A DNA stretch of 64,000 nt from Macrostomum lignano (GCA_002269645.1 NIVC01000399.1:124001-188000), one strand, 5' to 3'. Numbered from the stretch's first letter, positions 40,197-52,110 are shown. Made by a program: numbers and translations. Notes: generated by a model from the letters alone, not told the origin.

Positions 40197-41110
40197 TCAG
40201 TCCCACCCCGGCACTTCCAATCGGCACTTTCGCACCGCAGACGACCGCGGATTTCTGAACCCGAACCAGCCGCAGTTCAAGCCTCGGCCGCCTTGATTGG
40301 CAGATTCAATCAGACTGATTAGAGAGACCACTGCCTCCCCAGTGGCCTGACCGGTCCGGTTGGACTGCCTGCCGTCCAGCACCCGTCCCAGACGGGCCCA
40401 GCTGCCGCCGCCATCCCGACACCACGCCAGCAGTTCGCCTCCAACTCTCGGCAGTCCGGCTTCGATCGGTCTGATCCGGATTCGAACTCCGGACGTTGAC
40501 AGACTCGGCCGAAGCATCAACGCGTGGTGCGACGTGAATCTTGGCGACCCGGCCGGCAGCCGAGCTCGAACCAGCCGGTCCAAGACCGACAGCAGCCGCC
40601 GGTCGCGAACCAGATGATCCAGGCCGTCTCCCAGCGGCGCCGGCGCAGCAACCGAGTCGGGGAACCCGGCCGGAAACGACCAAGCGGACTGGGACTCGAG
40701 CTCCGCCTCGGCCAGGGCCAGTTCCCGCAGGCCGCCGACCTGAATGGGGCAGCGGGACACCAGAGAGAACCACACACGGCGAGCGGAGGACGCCGCAGAG
40801 CCTTGCCGCGGTGTCACGATGTCCCAGCTCGCCGACTGAGGACAGCGGCCTCGGCGGAGCAGGGTAAGCTGGAGCAGCTGACCTTCAGAGGCTTCAACCG
40901 CTGCTATTGACGTTGAAGAAGTCAGCGGCACGCCGAGAGCGTCGCTGACGGCGGAGGTCGCTGGCAGAGTCGGGATGTCGCGAGGTACGCGGCACTGCTG
41001 CTGATCTGGCAAGGTGGACACCAGCAGCTGCACACTGTGCAGAGTGTCGCTTGACTGACTTCGACGGTTCAACCAGCGATTCCAGTGGGACTGGGCTTCG
41101 GCTGAGAGGC
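40197..41110 (-). CDS. POP1: POP1 terminal coding exon, POPLD and C-terminal domains
   Basis: Acceptor cacaccccAG|GC. Contains SWDIVTP..VWFSLV..VGGLRELALAEAE..FPAGFPDS (POPLD motif) and GRVLDGRQSNRTGQATG..GFRNPRSSAVR. TGA at 40197; 914 nt. The upstream part of the 608-aa ORF in the track is translated minisatellite. Confidence 0.9.
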
Positions 41111-41189
41111 CTGGGGTGTGATCAGATATGGGAGTTGAGTTCTTGGGGATAGAAGTGTGTGATGATGGGATAATTATGTAAAATACTAG

Positions 41190-42207
41190 GGGACAAATGT
41201 GTGGGATATTTGAGGATAAATTTGTGGGATATTTGGGGATAAATTTGTGGGATATTTTGGGATAAATGTGTGGGGGATTAGGGATAAATGTTTGGGATAT
41301 TTGTGGATAAATTTGTGGGATATTTGGGGATAAACATGTGGGATATTTGGGGATAAACATGTGGGATATTTGGGGATAAACATGTGGGATATTTGGGGAT
41401 AAACATGTGGGATATTTGGGGATAAACATGTGGGATATTTGTGGATGAATTTGTGGGATATTTGGGGATAAACATGTGGGATATTTGGGGATAAACATGT
41501 GGGATATTTGGGGATAAACATGTGGGATATTTGGGGATAAACATGTGGGATATTTGGGGATAAACATGTGGGATATTTGTGGATGAATTTGTGGGATATT
41601 TGGGGATAAACATGTGGGATATTTGGGGATAAATGTGTGGGATATTTGTGGATAAATTTGTGGGATATTTGGGGATAAACATGTGGGATATTTGGGGATA
41701 AATTTGTGGGATTTTTGGGGATAAAAGTGTAAGATATTTGGGGATAAAAGTGTAAGATATTTGGGGATAAATGTGTGGGATATTTGGGGACAAATGTGTG
41801 GGATATTTGGGGATAAATGTGCGGGATATTTGGGGATAAATGTGCGGGATATTTGGGGACAAATGTGTGGGATATTTGGGGATAAATGTGTGGGATATTT
41901 GGGGATAAATGTGTGGGATATTTGGGGATAAACATGTGGGGATATTTGGGGATAAATGTGTGGGATATTTGGGGACAAATGTGTGGGATATTTGGGATAA
42001 ATTTGCGGGATATTTGGGGACAAATGTGTGGGATATTTGGGATAAATTTGTAGGATATTTGGGCATAAATCTGTGGGGGATTAAGGATAAATATGTGGGA
42101 TATTTGGGGACAAATGTGTGGGATATTTGGGGATAAAAGTGTGGGATATTTGTGGATAAAAGTTTGGGATATTTGGGGATAAAAGTGTGGGCTATTTGGG
42201 GATAAAA
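41190..42207. repeat. 23-bp minisatellite filling POP1 intron 2
   Basis: ggggataaacatgtgggatattt. Confidence 0.98.
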
Positions 42208-42244
42208 CTAGACTAATAAATGAACAATTATCTAGGACACCAAC

Positions 42245-42744
42245 CGTCGGGCGGTTGCGTTAAGAACTTGTCCATGATATCCTCAACGGCCGGTCCAAAC
42301 AGTCGATAACAACAAAACTGGTCTCGTTGCCAATCAACTGCCACCCGATTGGCGCTGCTCTCAGATTCCCCATCAGATCTCACAGCCGTCTCCAATTCAA
42401 CAGTCAACTGAGAGCTGAATAATGGATGACACCACAGCCAGCAGGTACCGGTGGCCAGACCGTCCAGCCGCACCGGTCCCAAGCAGTTCAAGGGATAGCT
42501 GTCCACTCGGTGTACAGTCAGGTTCATCGAGAATTGACGATCAGATAGCAGGCGGCTGCGGAGTCTGGCAGCTTCATCAGGGTCTAATAGGCGAGCCAGG
42601 ATATTGGCCAGGCTGGATGCGGGGCCTGAGAGCAGGCAGGGGTGCAGGTAGGAGGCGTCGTGAAGCAGAGCGCCACGGGCGGCTGCGCGAAGACACGGTC
42701 GGAGAACTTTGTCGGTGGGCCGCTCGGCGAGGCGGTAGCCCCAT
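42245..42744 (-). CDS. POP1: POP1 coding exon 2
   Basis: Acceptor cgcctatcgcAG|A. Reads KWGYRLAERPTDKVLRPCLRAAARGALLHDASYLHPCLLSGP..CWLWCHP (POP1 WGY..PT.K..R and HD.SY motifs). Donor G|GTTGGT; 500 nt. Confidence 0.9.
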
Positions 42745-42786
42745 CTGCGATAGGCGTGCGATTCAGGTTTTAGCTGGTTATTGAGG

Positions 42787-43095
42787 GCGTTTCTGCCGGG
42801 TTGTCAGGGGCGATTCTGCCGGGTTATCAGGGGCGATTCTGCCGGGTTGTCAGGGGCGATTCTGCCGGGTTGTCAGGGGCGATTCTGCCGGGTTGTCAGG
42901 GGCGATTCTTATGGATTATCAGGGGCGATTCTCATGGGTTATCAGGGGCGATTCTCATAGGTTGTCAGGGGCGATTCTCCCGGGTTATCAGGGGCGATTC
43001 TTATGGATTATTAGGTGCGATTCTCAAGGCTGATCAGGGGCGATTCTCATAGGTTGTCAGGGGCGATTCTCCCGGGTTATCAGGGGCGGTTCCCA
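42787..43095. repeat. 23-bp minisatellite filling POP1 intron 1
   Basis: caggggcgattctgccgggttgt variants. Confidence 0.96.
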
Positions 43096-43171
43096 TGGAT
43101 TGTTAGATGCGTTGTTAAGCAACAATTTCACAGTTTCCATACGCAATTAGTTCAGCCAAGAATGCACTCAC

Positions 43172-43590
43172 TTGGTCACCATATGAAACCGCTTGGCGTG
43201 CCACAGGTGCGTGGCCAGCCAATCAGGCCGCTCTTTCCCCAGCCTAGTCCGGTTCCGCCTTCGGAACAGTCGCTTCAAGCGTTTCTTCTGCTGCCGGCGC
43301 AGCTTCTGCTTGGCCATCAGCGCCTGGGCCTCGTTGAACGTCGAGCGCCGGAGTCGCAACGGCAACCGACGCGGATTATGACTGGCCGCCCGTCGTCGCA
43401 TTCGCCGGGGAAGCCGCTGCAGTCCGTGGACGAAGCCGCTGGACACCAGGCCCAGCTGAGACTCCAGGTGCTGCAGCTCGGCGGCTCTGGCAGCGGCGAA
43501 GTCCAGGACTCGAATCCCCTCCTGCTGAGGGTTTTCGATTTCGTCAGCTGATGCAGCGGCCGCTCCTTGGCGTCGTTGAGGTGATGAATC
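43172..43590 (-). CDS. POP1: POP1 (RNase P/MRP protein subunit), first identifiable coding exon, POP1 N-terminal domain
   Basis: Acceptor atcgcttgctctattccAG|GAT. Reads IRVLDFAAARAAEL..LQRLPRRMRRRAASHNPRRLP..WLATHLWHAKRFHM, the POP1 signature motifs. Donor AA|GTGAGT; 419 nt. No ATG precedes the conserved block. Confidence 0.93.
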
Positions 43591-43611
43591 CTGGAATAGA
43601 GCAAGCGATGA

Positions 43612-44200
43612 GGAAATCCGTGGGGAATCCCTGCTATGAAATACATTGGGAAAATCCAAGGAGAATCCCTGCTATTAAGTAAATTGGGGAAATCCCTGGA
43701 GAACCCTTGCTATGATGGACATAAGGGAAAATCGTGGGGAATCCCTGCTATGATGTACATTAGGGAAATCCGTGGAGAATCCCTGCTATGATTTACAATA
43801 CATTGAGGAAATCCGTGGGGAATCCCTGCTATGAAGTACATTGGGAAAATCCAAGGAGAATCCCTGCTATTAAGTAAATTGGGGAGATCCCAGGGGAACC
43901 CTTGCTATGATGGACATAAGGGAAAATCGTGGGAATCCCTGCTATGATGTACATTAGGGAAATCCGTGGAGAATCCCTGCTATGATTTACAATACATTGA
44001 GGAAATCCGTGGGAAATCCCTGCTATGAAGTACATTTGGGAAATCCATGGGGAATCCCTGCTATGAAGTACATTCGGGAAATCCATGGGGAATCCCTGCT
44101 ATCAAGTAAATTAGGGAAATCCGTAGGAAATCGGTGCAATGAAGTACATTAGGGAAATCCGTGGGAAATCCCTGCTATGATGTACATTGGATAGTCCGTG
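43612..44200. repeat. ~37-bp minisatellite immediately upstream of the POP1 acceptor
   Basis: gggaaatccgtggggaatccctgctatgaagtacatt, with a larger duplicated block. Confidence 0.95.
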
Positions 44201-44994
44201 CTTTGATGTATATTAGGAAAATCTATGGGGAATTCCATAAAAGTTCAATATTTGCCAGAGGGTTGACGGCACACAGATGCAATGCCAGCGGAACAGCAGC
44301 CTAGCCTGACTTTCTAAAAAAAATCCAAGCACAAAATTTTCCGCTGAGAACAGCGCGAGTGCATGGCATCAAAGCGTGAACCGATATATTTGAGTATAAT
44401 ATAAAATAAAATATATAATATAATCTTTCTACATAACTATATGCAACAAAGAAATAAAGCGAGTAATTTCAAAAGAAAACTTTTAACTCTTTTTAATTCG
44501 CAGTTTCGTCAATTCAGTGCAAGAAAAAAGAGAGGTTTTAAGATCTAAAACAGGAATAGATAGATAGATAAAACTTGCACACAAAATCATATAATCACAT
44601 TAATACACGGCAGCGAGTGTAAGAAGTTCAGATCTAATAATTTAATATCACAGAAAGAACATCTTAGAAAAATTGGACGGATTAATTCTATCACAAGAGG
44701 AAAAAACTGTGTTGAAAAAATTCGCTTGTTCAACAAGGCACGGTGGTTTGTGTAAATTTTCTTTTTTTTAGCAAAAAACGCTAATTTTGCTACTCATCTA
44801 AGTAGAGAAAAAGAGAAAAGTGCGGCGGAAAATAAATAATATAAACATCGTACTTCTTTTTTAAGAAATTTAAAGCACAAAATAACTAAGTTAACGAAAA
44901 ATCAAATTTAAACAAAAGAACAATTAAAAATGTGCTCCGTTATCTAGTAATAAGTAGAGTATATTAAAATTTGTTTCGAGTTTTACAGCGAAAA

Positions 44995-45193
44995 TTATCG
45001 CTTGTTGCTGCCAGGCCGAATCAAGCGATGCGCTGGGGCCGATTTACTGCGAAGCATCTTCTGCTGCTGGGCGGCGCTGGCGGTTGAAGAAGAGGGCCCC
45101 GCGGCCTGGCCGACAGAGGTGGGCGGCCGAGCACGAGCTTTGGCGGTGGCGGCTCGACTGGGGAGGATCGGGTGGCCGCCGTTCACCTCCATG
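44995..45193 (-). CDS. ANKAR: ANKAR terminal coding exon
   Basis: Acceptor ccacccgcAG|C (phase 2) gives [26 protein letters not shown], then TAA. Resembles the recalled vertebrate LEKNGGPSIIP segment. An AT-rich putative 3'UTR follows. Confidence 0.82.
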
Positions 45194-45235
45194 CTGCGGG
45201 TGGCGGGCCGGGCGAGGCTGGGATGCTGGGACACT

Positions 45236-45409
<174 letters not shown>

Positions 45410-45413
45410 TCAC

Positions 45414-45805
45414 AACTGGCAGGGCAGGCCGATTTTCTCGGCAGCCCGGAAGTCGGCCAGGAACTCATCGCAGATGCGGGCATCGGGCAGCGGCAGCGCG
45501 GCCTCCAGCTTGTAGAACAGGCCGGGATTCTCGCGACAGGCTTTGAGCAGCAGGCGGGCGGCGGTCCTGTTGAAGGTCAAGTAGCCCAGCACCACGGAGG
45601 CAGCCGAGCGGACTGTCCGGCTGTCCGAGTCCAGCAGCAGGCGGACCAGACGGTCGAGGCCGCCGGCCGTGATGATGGCGTCCTTCAGGCCGGAGCGCGA
45701 GTGCGCCAGGGAGGCCAGGTAGGCGCAGGCGGTTTCCACCAGCTCTTCGGCGGCGGCGGCGCTCTGCTGCTGCGACACTGGCAGTGCCGAGGACGAGCGC
45801 GGAGT
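45414..45805 (-). CDS. ANKAR: ANKAR coding exon, final armadillo repeats
   Basis: Acceptor gctcaaacAG|A. Reads [78 protein letters not shown]. Donor TT|GTGAGT; 392 nt. Confidence 0.92.
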
Positions 45806-45942
45806 CTGTTTGAGCAGGGTTGGGGGCGAGGGATGCTTCGATTTTAAACCTTTCTGAGAAGTTCCAGTCTCTCTGTGAATACGCTTCATCAAGCATATCT
45901 AAATACATGGTAAATTCATGCCTATATGAAAGTCTGCAGAAA

Positions 45943-46815
45943 TCCCATTTAGAGAGATCCCATTTACAGAAATCTCAATTAGAAAAATCCCATTTAGAGA
46001 AATCCCATTTAGAGAAATTCCATTTAGAAAGATCCTATTTAGAGACACCCCATTTAGAGAGATCCCATTTAGAGAGATCCCATTCAGAGAGATCCCATTC
46101 AGAGAAATCCCATTTAGAGACACCCCATTTAGAGAGATCCCATTCAGAGAGATCCCATTCAGAGAAATCCTATTTAGAGAGATCCCATTTAGATAGACTC
46201 CACTTAGAGAGACCCCATTTAGAGAAATCCCATTTAGAGAGATCCCATTTACAGAAATCTCATTTAGAGAAATCCCATTTAGAGAAATCCCATTTAGAGA
46301 AATCCCATTTAGAAAGATCCTATTTAGAGACACCCCATTTAGAGAGATCCAATTCAGAGAGATCCCATTCAGAGAGATCCCATTCAGAGAAATCTCATTT
46401 AGAGAGATCCCATTCAGAGAAATCCCATTTAGAGACACCCCATTTAGAGAGATCCAATTCAGAGAGATCCCATTTAGAGAGATCCAATTCAGAGAGATCC
46501 CATTCAGAGAGATCCCATTCAGAGAAATCCCATTTAGAGACACCCCATTTAGAGAGATCCCATTCAGAGAGATCCCATTCAGAGAAATCCTATTTAGAGA
46601 GATCCCATTTAGAGAGACCCCACTTAGAGAGACCCCACTTAGAGAGATCCCATTTAGAGAAATCCCATTTAGAGAGATCCCATTTACAGAAATCTCAATT
46701 AGAAAAATCCCATTTAGAGAAATCCCATTTAGAGAAATCCCATTTAGAGAAATCCCATTTAGAGAGATCCCATTTACAGAAATCTCAATTAGAAAAATCC
46801 CATTTAGAGAAATTC
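45943..46815. repeat. 15-bp minisatellite in ANKAR intron
   Basis: cccatttagaga(a/g)at; source of the HLERS and GISLN ORFs. Confidence 0.98.
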
Positions 46816-46863
46816 CACACATAGAAAGAATAAGTCCTAATTCTTCAAAGTCCTCAAGCCCAC

Positions 46864-47075
46864 CTTCAGCAGTCCGACCAGAATTTGAATGCCCTTGGCG
46901 GTCAAGGACACCGGATCGGCGTACACAATGTCCCTGGTGAGCACAACGGATTGGAAAGCGGCGTGACACCTGGCGGCGGGATCTGAGCTGGCCAGGAACT
47001 CCTCCAGAGCTGCAATGCTGATTCCGCCAGCTTCACGGATGGCAAACTGTTGCCGGGTGTTGTTGAAAGCGAACA
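46864..47075 (-). CDS. ANKAR: ANKAR coding exon
   Basis: Acceptor ccaccctgcAG|TG. Reads VFAFNNTRQQFAIREAGGISIAALEEFLASSDPAARCHAAFQSVVLTRDIVYADPVSLTAKGIQILVGLLK. Donor AAG|GTGGGC; 212 nt. Confidence 0.92.
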
Positions 47076-47194
47076 CTGCAGGGTGGGGTGGTTTCGTTGA
47101 AAATGCTGACACATTCTTGCACGCTACTTACAGTAGCTAGTAGGCTAATCGAATTTATTAATTAACTTTAAGGCATCGTAAAACTGACAATGGC

Positions 47195-47438
47195 CAGTGA
47201 CATTTAAAGTGACATTTGACAGTCAGTGACATTTGGCTGTCAGTGACATTTGACTGTCAGTGACATTTGACTGTCAGTGACATTTGACTGTCAGTGACAT
47301 TTGACTGTCAGTGACAATTGACTGTCAGTGACATTTGACTGTCAGTGACATTTGACTGTCAGTGACATTTGACTGTCAGTGACATTTGACTGTCAGTGAC
47401 ATTTGACTGTCAGTGACATTTGACTGTCAGTGACATTT
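47195..47438. repeat. 17-bp palindromic minisatellite in ANKAR intron
   Basis: cagtgacatttgactgt; TGTCA-G-TGACA and TGAC-T-GTCA. Confidence 0.97.
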
Positions 47439-47582
47439 GAATTTGAGCGACATTTAACCGTCATGATTACATGTAGATTAAATATGGGGATTTAAAGATT
47501 TGTTAGGAAATATTTGTATCATATTTATTCCAGCAAAAAATTGCAACTACACTACTGAAAGCAGTAGTCACACTAGTTTTAC

Positions 47583-48008
47583 CAGCCAAAGCTTGACATC
47601 CTCGCAGACGAATTTTCGGCGTCTCGGCATCCAAAAGTGCCAGCAGAAGAGAATAGGAGAACTGCGGCAGCTGCTTCAGTTGCAGCTGGTTGTCGCCATT
47701 GCGCAGCACAAGGCAGCCCAGGCTGTAGGCGGCTTCAGCTTGCACCTCAGGCACTGGCGAATTAGCTAACAGTTCAGTTAGCAACTCGATTGCACCTTCC
47801 TCGGCTAGGCGGCTCTGCGTTGCCGGATTGTTGCTATGGGCAACGCCGACGCACAGGGCGGCCAAGCATTGCACGGCGTATAGAAGAACCCGTTGACTGG
47901 ATTTGGGCGATTTCATGATGCGAACCAGAGGCTGCAGACCGCCCTCCTTAGCCACTTCGTTCTGCCTGGTGACGCTGTCTCGGGCCAGGGCTGTCAGGGC
48001 CACGCACG
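47583..48008 (-). CDS. ANKAR: ANKAR coding exon, armadillo repeats
   Basis: Acceptor ccccgaactcAG|CG. Reads ACVALTALARDSVTRQNEVAKEGGLQPLVRIM..LCVGVAHSNNPATQ..AEAAYSLGCLVLRN..IRLRGCQALA. Donor G|GTAAAA; 426 nt. Confidence 0.92.
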
Positions 48009-48631
48009 CTGAGTTCGGGGAGACACACGAGATTTCTATGTACTTTTAATCTAGCGTCTACTTAAAAAGTGCAAGTGTGTACTTTAGAAGTGCAAGTGTA
48101 CTTTAAAAGTGCAAGTGTACTTTAAAAGTGCAAGTGTGTACTTTAAAAGTGCAAGTGTATTTTAAAAGTACACATAGACACACAGAAAGTACAATTGAAC
48201 TTTAACTGATAGATGAAAATGTACTTTAGCATGCCTTATCAAAGTTGAATTTAAGTACACGTAAACTTTAAAAAAAGTACAATTGTGTACAGGCAAATAG
48301 CTACAAATACTTATTGTACTAAAGAAGCTTATTAAAAACATTCCCGTTAAAACGTTACCCTGACAAGAATCGCTAAAAGAGTAATTACAAACAACTCAAC
48401 TCAAACAAGTGACTGTAGCAACTCTTTAGTGAACTGCAGAATCGTAAAAAGTCGCGAAGAAGTCATCTAAGAGTCGGTGTGTTAGCGCTTAACTTTCTAC
48501 TAACTCAAGTAGACTGAATAGAGTGTTATAAATGCGAAATGCGATTCTAATTCATTCTTCGATTCTTGCGATTCTTGCGATTCTAATGCGATCCCATATT
48601 TAAATTTGAATTTAGAAATCACAGATCTTAC

Positions 48632-48785
48632 CAACAAACTGCAACTTCTCAGACTTGGTCATGAGTATCTCTATGAGCTGCTGGATGCCAATTCTCTCAG
48701 CTATGGCCCTCTGCTGTACATGCGTGGCACCTGCCAGAGCCCACAGTGCCAGGGCGCCCTGCTCTTTCACCTCCAGCGACCAAAC
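48632..48785 (-). CDS. ANKAR: ANKAR coding exon, armadillo repeat
   Basis: Acceptor tactccgcAG|G. Reads VWSLEVKEQGALALWALAGATHVQQRAIAERIGIQQLIEILMTKSEKLQFV. Donor G|GTAAGA; 154 nt. Confidence 0.93.
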
Positions 48786-49059
48786 CTGCGGAGTACAGCA
48801 GAGAAATATTTTGAATGCCTCAACAGGAGCTACATAAGTATTGAAGCGACATGGATAGTCAGTAAAGCTACTATTGCACTTACTGAATGTATGCACGATA
48901 CAAAAGGCTGCTATGGCCTAAAATATTTCATTTCATTTATTCACTCACTCATTCATAATGACTCTCAAATGTACTTTGTTGATCATTCTCTCATCCACGC
49001 ACTTTATCATCTCACTGTCTATATCATTGTCTTACTCCCAATCTCATTGTCTACTCCTG

Positions 49060-50088
49060 ATCTCATCATCTCACTCCTAATCTCATAATCTCACTCCTAA
49101 TCTCATAATCTCGCTCCTAATCTCATAATCTCACTCCTAATCTTATCAGCTCACTCCTAATCTTATCAGCTCACTCCTAATCTTATCAGCTCACTCCTAA
49201 TCTTATCAGCTCACTCCTAATCTTATCAGCTCGCTCCTAATCTCATCATCTCACTCCTAATCTCATCATCTCGCTCCTAATCTCATCATCTCACTCCTAA
49301 TCTTATCAGCTCACTCCTAATCTTATCAGCTCACTCCTAATCTTATCAGCTCACTCCTAATCTTATCAGCTCACTCCTAATCTTATCAGCTCACTCCTAA
49401 TCTTATCAGCTCACTCCTAATCTTATCAGCTCACTCCTAATCTCATAATCTCACTCCTAATCTTTTCAGCTCACTCCTAATCTTATCAGCTCACTCCTAA
49501 TCTTATCAGCTCGCTCCTAATCTCATCATCTCACTCCTAATCTCATCATCTCGCTCCTAATCTCATCATCTCACTCCTAATCTTATCAGCTCACTCCTAA
49601 TCTTATCAGCTCACTCCTAATCTTATCAGCTCACTCCTAATCTTATCAGCTCACTCCTAATCTTATCAGCTCACTCCTAATCTTATCAGCTCACTCCTAA
49701 TCTTATCAGCTCACTCCTAATCTCATAATCTCACTCCTAATCTTTTCAGCTCACTCCTAATCTTATCAGCTCACTCCTAATCTCATCATCTCACTCCCAA
49801 TCTCATTGTCTACTTCTAATATCACCATCTCACTCGCTATCTCATCATCTCACTCGCTATCTCATCATCTCACTCGCTATCTCATCATCTCACTCGCTAT
49901 CTCACCATCTCACTCGCTATCTCATCATCTCACTCGCTATCTCATCATCTCACTCGCTATCTCATCATCTCACTCGCTATCTCATCATCTCACTCGCTAT
50001 CTCACCATCTCACTCGCTATCTCATCATCTCACTCGCTATCTCATCATCTCACTCGCTATCTCATCATCTCACTCGCTATCTCATCAT
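49060..50088. repeat. Two adjacent related 20-bp minisatellites in ANKAR intron
   Basis: tcactcctaatcttatcagc (49060-49800), then ctcactcgctatctcatcat (49826-50088). Confidence 0.97.
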
Positions 50089-50594
50089 TCCACTCCAAGT
50101 AGAGCAAAAGTAGCAAAAATGATACTTCCTGATAAACTGACATAAACTACTAAAAGTAACATTAACACTAAGTAGGTCGGCATTTTATTACACGAAACTG
50201 ATAACAAGAGCAAAAAAACCTGTTTTCTCCAGAGCAGCCGAGCTTTGTTCATAAATTAGCAAGCGAAAGCGAATTTAAACGTACTAGACCTGCGACTAAA
50301 CTAATTTTTATACTCCGATTGAACTAAGCTAAGTATATGTGCACATTGTCCATAATACCAGGAATTGTCTAACACAGACAACTATAAATATTGAACAGAA
50401 AAATTCTGCTTTAAATTTGATGTTCGCACATGGATTCCGAAACAAACTTACGCTGACTTCATGAATGAGTGACGGAAACATCTATAAAAATTCATTTCGG
50501 AAAAAAGCTCAAAATATTAGCAAGACTAATGCGTTCTGTAAATAAATTGTGACAGAAAGTGTGTGTCATTATGAAAATAAGATTTTGATCCCAA

Positions 50595-52110
50595 TGATAC
50601 ACCACAGACAAAATCTCTCTACCCCGATGTACACCACAGACAAAATCTCTGCCCCAATGTACACACCAGACAGAATCTCTCTGCCCCAATGATACACCAC
50701 AGACAAAATCTCTTTGCCCCAATGTACACCACAGACAAAATCTCTCTGCCCCAATGTACACACCAGACAGAATCTCTCGGCCCCAATGTACACACCATAG
50801 ACAAAATCTCTTTGCCCCAATGTACACCACAGACAAAATCTCTCTGCCCCAATGTACACACCAGACAAAATCTCTTTGCCCCAATGTACACCACAGACAA
50901 AATCTCTCTGCCCCAATGATACACCATAGACAAAATCTCTTTGCCCCAATGTACACCACAGACAAAATCTCTCTGCCCAATGTACACACCAGACAGAATC
51001 TCTCTGCCCCAATGATACACCACAGACAAAATCTCTCTGCCCCAATGTACACCACAGACAGAATCTCTCGGCCCCAATGTACACACCAGACAGAATCTCT
51101 TTGCCCCAATGTACACCACAGACAAAATCTCTCTGCCCCAATGTACACACCAGACAGAATCTCTCGGCCCCAATGTACACACCATAGACAAAATCTCTCT
51201 GCCCCAATGTACACACCAGACAGAATCTCTCTGCCCCAATGATACACCACAGACAAAATCTCTTTGCCCCAATGTACACCACAGACAAAATCTCTCTGCC
51301 CAATGTACACACCAGACAGAATCTCTCTGCCCCAATGATACACCACAGACAAAATCTCTCTGCCCCAATGTACACCACAGACAGAATCTCTCGGCCCCAA
51401 TGTACACACCAGACAGAATCTCTTTGCCCCAATGTACACCACAGACAAAATCTCTCTGCCCCAATGTACACACCAGACAGAATCTCTCGGCCCCAATGTA
51501 CACACCATAGACAAAATCTCTCTGCCCCAATGTACACACCAGACAGAATCTCTCTGCCCCAATGATACACCACAGACAAAATCTCTTTGCCCCAATGTAC
51601 ACCACAGACAAAATCTCTCTGCCCCAATGTACACACCAGACAGAATCTCTCGGCCCCAATGTACACACCATAGACAAAATCTCTTTGCCCCAATGTACAC
51701 CACAGACAAAATCTCTCTGCCCCAATGTACACACCAGACAGAATCTCTCGGCCCCAATGTACACACCATAGACAAAATCTCTCTGCCCCAATGATACACC
51801 ATAGACAAAATCTCTTTGCCCCAATGTACACCACAGACAAAATCTCTCTGCCCAATGTACACACCAGACAGAATCTCTCTGCCCCAATGATACACCACAG
51901 ACAAAATCTCTCTGCCCCAATGTACACCACAGACAAAAACTCTCTGCCCCAATGTACACACCACAGACAAAATCTCTCTGCCCCAATGTACACACCACAG
52001 ACAAAATCTCTCTGCCCGACTGCACTCACCACAGACTAATTCTCTCTACCCCTATGTACAACAAGACTAAATCTCTCTACCCCAATGTACACAATGTACA
52101 CCACAGACTA
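50595..52110. repeat. 32-35-bp minisatellite with higher-order repeats in ANKAR intron
   Basis: gccccaatgtacac(a)ccagacaaaatctctct variants. Confidence 0.98.

Noticed and set aside
41111-42023. N-terminal half of the 608-aa ORF as POP1 coding sequence
   Set aside because: It is the 23-bp intronic array; the true exon begins at the acceptor at 41110 and joins exon 2 in phase.
45820-46969. HLERS and GISLN pentapeptide-repeat-like ORFs
   Set aside because: 15-bp intronic minisatellite between two phase-matched ANKAR exons.
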